DNA of 64,000 bases, taken from a bacterium. Lineage in GTDB: Bacteria > UBA8248. The notes under the pieces are model-generated. The model was not told the origin of the DNA, ran no database searches, and was given only the letters and a program-made list of their open reading frames with translations. The stretch spans positions 416,001 through 480,000 of the forward strand of contig CBDBZY010000041.1 of assembly GCA_965213685.1 (NCBI GenBank), read 5' to 3'. Positions within the stretch are counted from its first letter, which is position 1, and each line of letters opens with the position of its first letter. The position numbers were made by a program, and so were the translations under genes. Below, one piece after another: positions 62,406-64,000 of this stretch.

Positions 62406-63451
62406 ATTCATCAGTCGCTCTACCTTCTCACGTGACGTTGTACTAGTACACTGGAATTCTTGGAATGTAATATCACACGAAACGGTCGTGTGACATGGCC
62501 ATAAGCGCGTACGCGTGTATGAGGTTGTCGCTCCCCCTTGACCCGTACCAGGTGCCCAGAGTCGAGGAGGTACGACAGCATCACGTGATTTCTTAATGAC
62601 TACTATAATGAGCAGGTTTTGCGTACGTTTTTACAGTGACACAAAAAATGTTCATACAGAAAAGTTTGTCTGCTGAGAACTATAAACAAACTGCGAAGAG
62701 CAAGTACCATTTTTCTTCGCACTAATCAACACTAGTGTTGATTAGTGCGAAGTTAAATTCTGGAGGCTAAAGATGTGTACCAATATTCTGTCCATCCGAT
62801 GGTAATCAGCACCAACACAGCAAAAATGACATTGTTGTTTGAACAAAGACCTTTGTCAAATACGTTATAGGGCTATGATAACGAAAGGTTGTAATTGTGT
62901 ATTAAGTGGGAGGGAGGTATGGACAGGAATACAGATGTGTAACTCACATAACAAAAGTCTTTGCTAAAGCAACAATCTATTTTTTGCAGTGAAGGTTTGG
63001 CCGCAGCAAACGAAGAAGAAAGCTTTGAAGGATGCAGACGTGTTACAATTGAGCACGGATACACAAGAACTAGGTTCTACTACCTCGGGGAAGAACTTCA
63101 GCCGCTTTCGCGAACTAAACCGTGTTCTGAAACATATACTGCAATAATAGAATTGCTCTTTTAACAAAGGCCTTTGTTATGTGAATTGCACATCTGTACT
63201 AGTGTTTACCACACGTTCTACTGTTGCTGGGGGACGATTCAGCCATGTTTCAGGGAGCTAAGGTAGTCCAGTAGGCTGTGTGTGTAATGGCGATTACACT
63301 CTGAGAATGTTAGGAACGTCATCAATGTCGTGTGACGTTCATGTAAGCGCTTACGCGCGTGTGCGCCTGTCGCACCTCCTCTGAACTATACCCAAATAGA
63401 CATCCCTGCGCGATGATATGCCTCGCGCTAAAGCTCTCGGTAATTAGCAAT

Positions 63452-63587
<136 letters not shown>

Positions 63588-63737
63588 GCTACTGCAGTAA
63601 TGTTAGCCCTGTACGCATGCGCGCCGAAATTTTCACAGGACAGGCCTTTATATAGGAAGCTAACCCCATTTAAAATAATCGCTGCCAGGTGGGAGTTTCA
63701 GATATTGGAGTCAAATTTGGGATCTATCAGTGGAAGG

Positions 63738-63810
63738 ATGAAAAGTAAAGTGCTGCTGTCTGTCTTGTTTCTGCTGTCTGTGACGACCATCACAACTGCT
63801 CAAGGCAAAG
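63738..63810 (+). CDS. First coding exon (signal peptide) of a secreted or membrane protein continuing beyond the window
   Basis: MKSKVLLSVLFLLSVTTITTAQGK followed by a phase-1 G|gtac donor; basic n-region, hydrophobic h-region and TTA cleavage-like site. Confidence 0.6.
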
Positions 63811-64000
63811 GTACATCATGCAGTATTCGTAAAAGGTAGAGAAGCAATGTTTTTAGTAGTGCCTTTGCAGTACATAACATCTAAAAAGAGACAGTAATCG
63901 TTTTCACGTACTGTGTAGCATACGTAGGTTTCTGTAAGCCTCACGAACGTTATAAATTGTTGTTTGCTTGGAAGCAGTTTGCTAGTTTTGAGATAGTTTG

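Noticed and set aside
62873-63167. Possible THAP or transposase remnant
   Set aside because: Too degenerate to support.

Overview
Eukaryotic (metazoan), repeat-dense DNA with spliceosomal introns. Short introns rich in (CCCT)n and (TACATG)n, plus Death-domain and Kelch genes, suggest a demosponge-like genome (inference only). Main contents: (1) a degenerate Ty3/Gypsy LTR element (1257-6374, CAAAT TSD) nested in one MITE and carrying another; (2) five CTR9 exons and a P2X-like TM2 exon, with decayed copies of both again at 53-59 kb; (3) a 99/105-bp hairpin satellite; (4) a spliced CxC5/CxC6/chromo-like (KDZ/Zisupton-type) gene running into a spliced DUF3987-like P-loop NTPase gene, with a TTAA-flanked Kolobok-like element in one intron; (5) an apparent composite hAT-like transposon (19596-27580, outer 6-bp TSD GGATTC) made of two MITE copies flanking five ABCA exons, one arm interrupted by an intact two-ORF LINE whose ORF1 starts with a SAND domain; (6) a Death-domain/coiled-coil gene and a Kelch terminal exon; (7) foldback repeats, MITEs with 5/6/7-bp TSDs, segmental duplications, a 5'-inverted alpha-tubulin retrocopy, tRNA-derived SINEs, and Penelope-like and R2-group RT fragments. 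All protein-family calls come from motif recognition by eye, not database searches.
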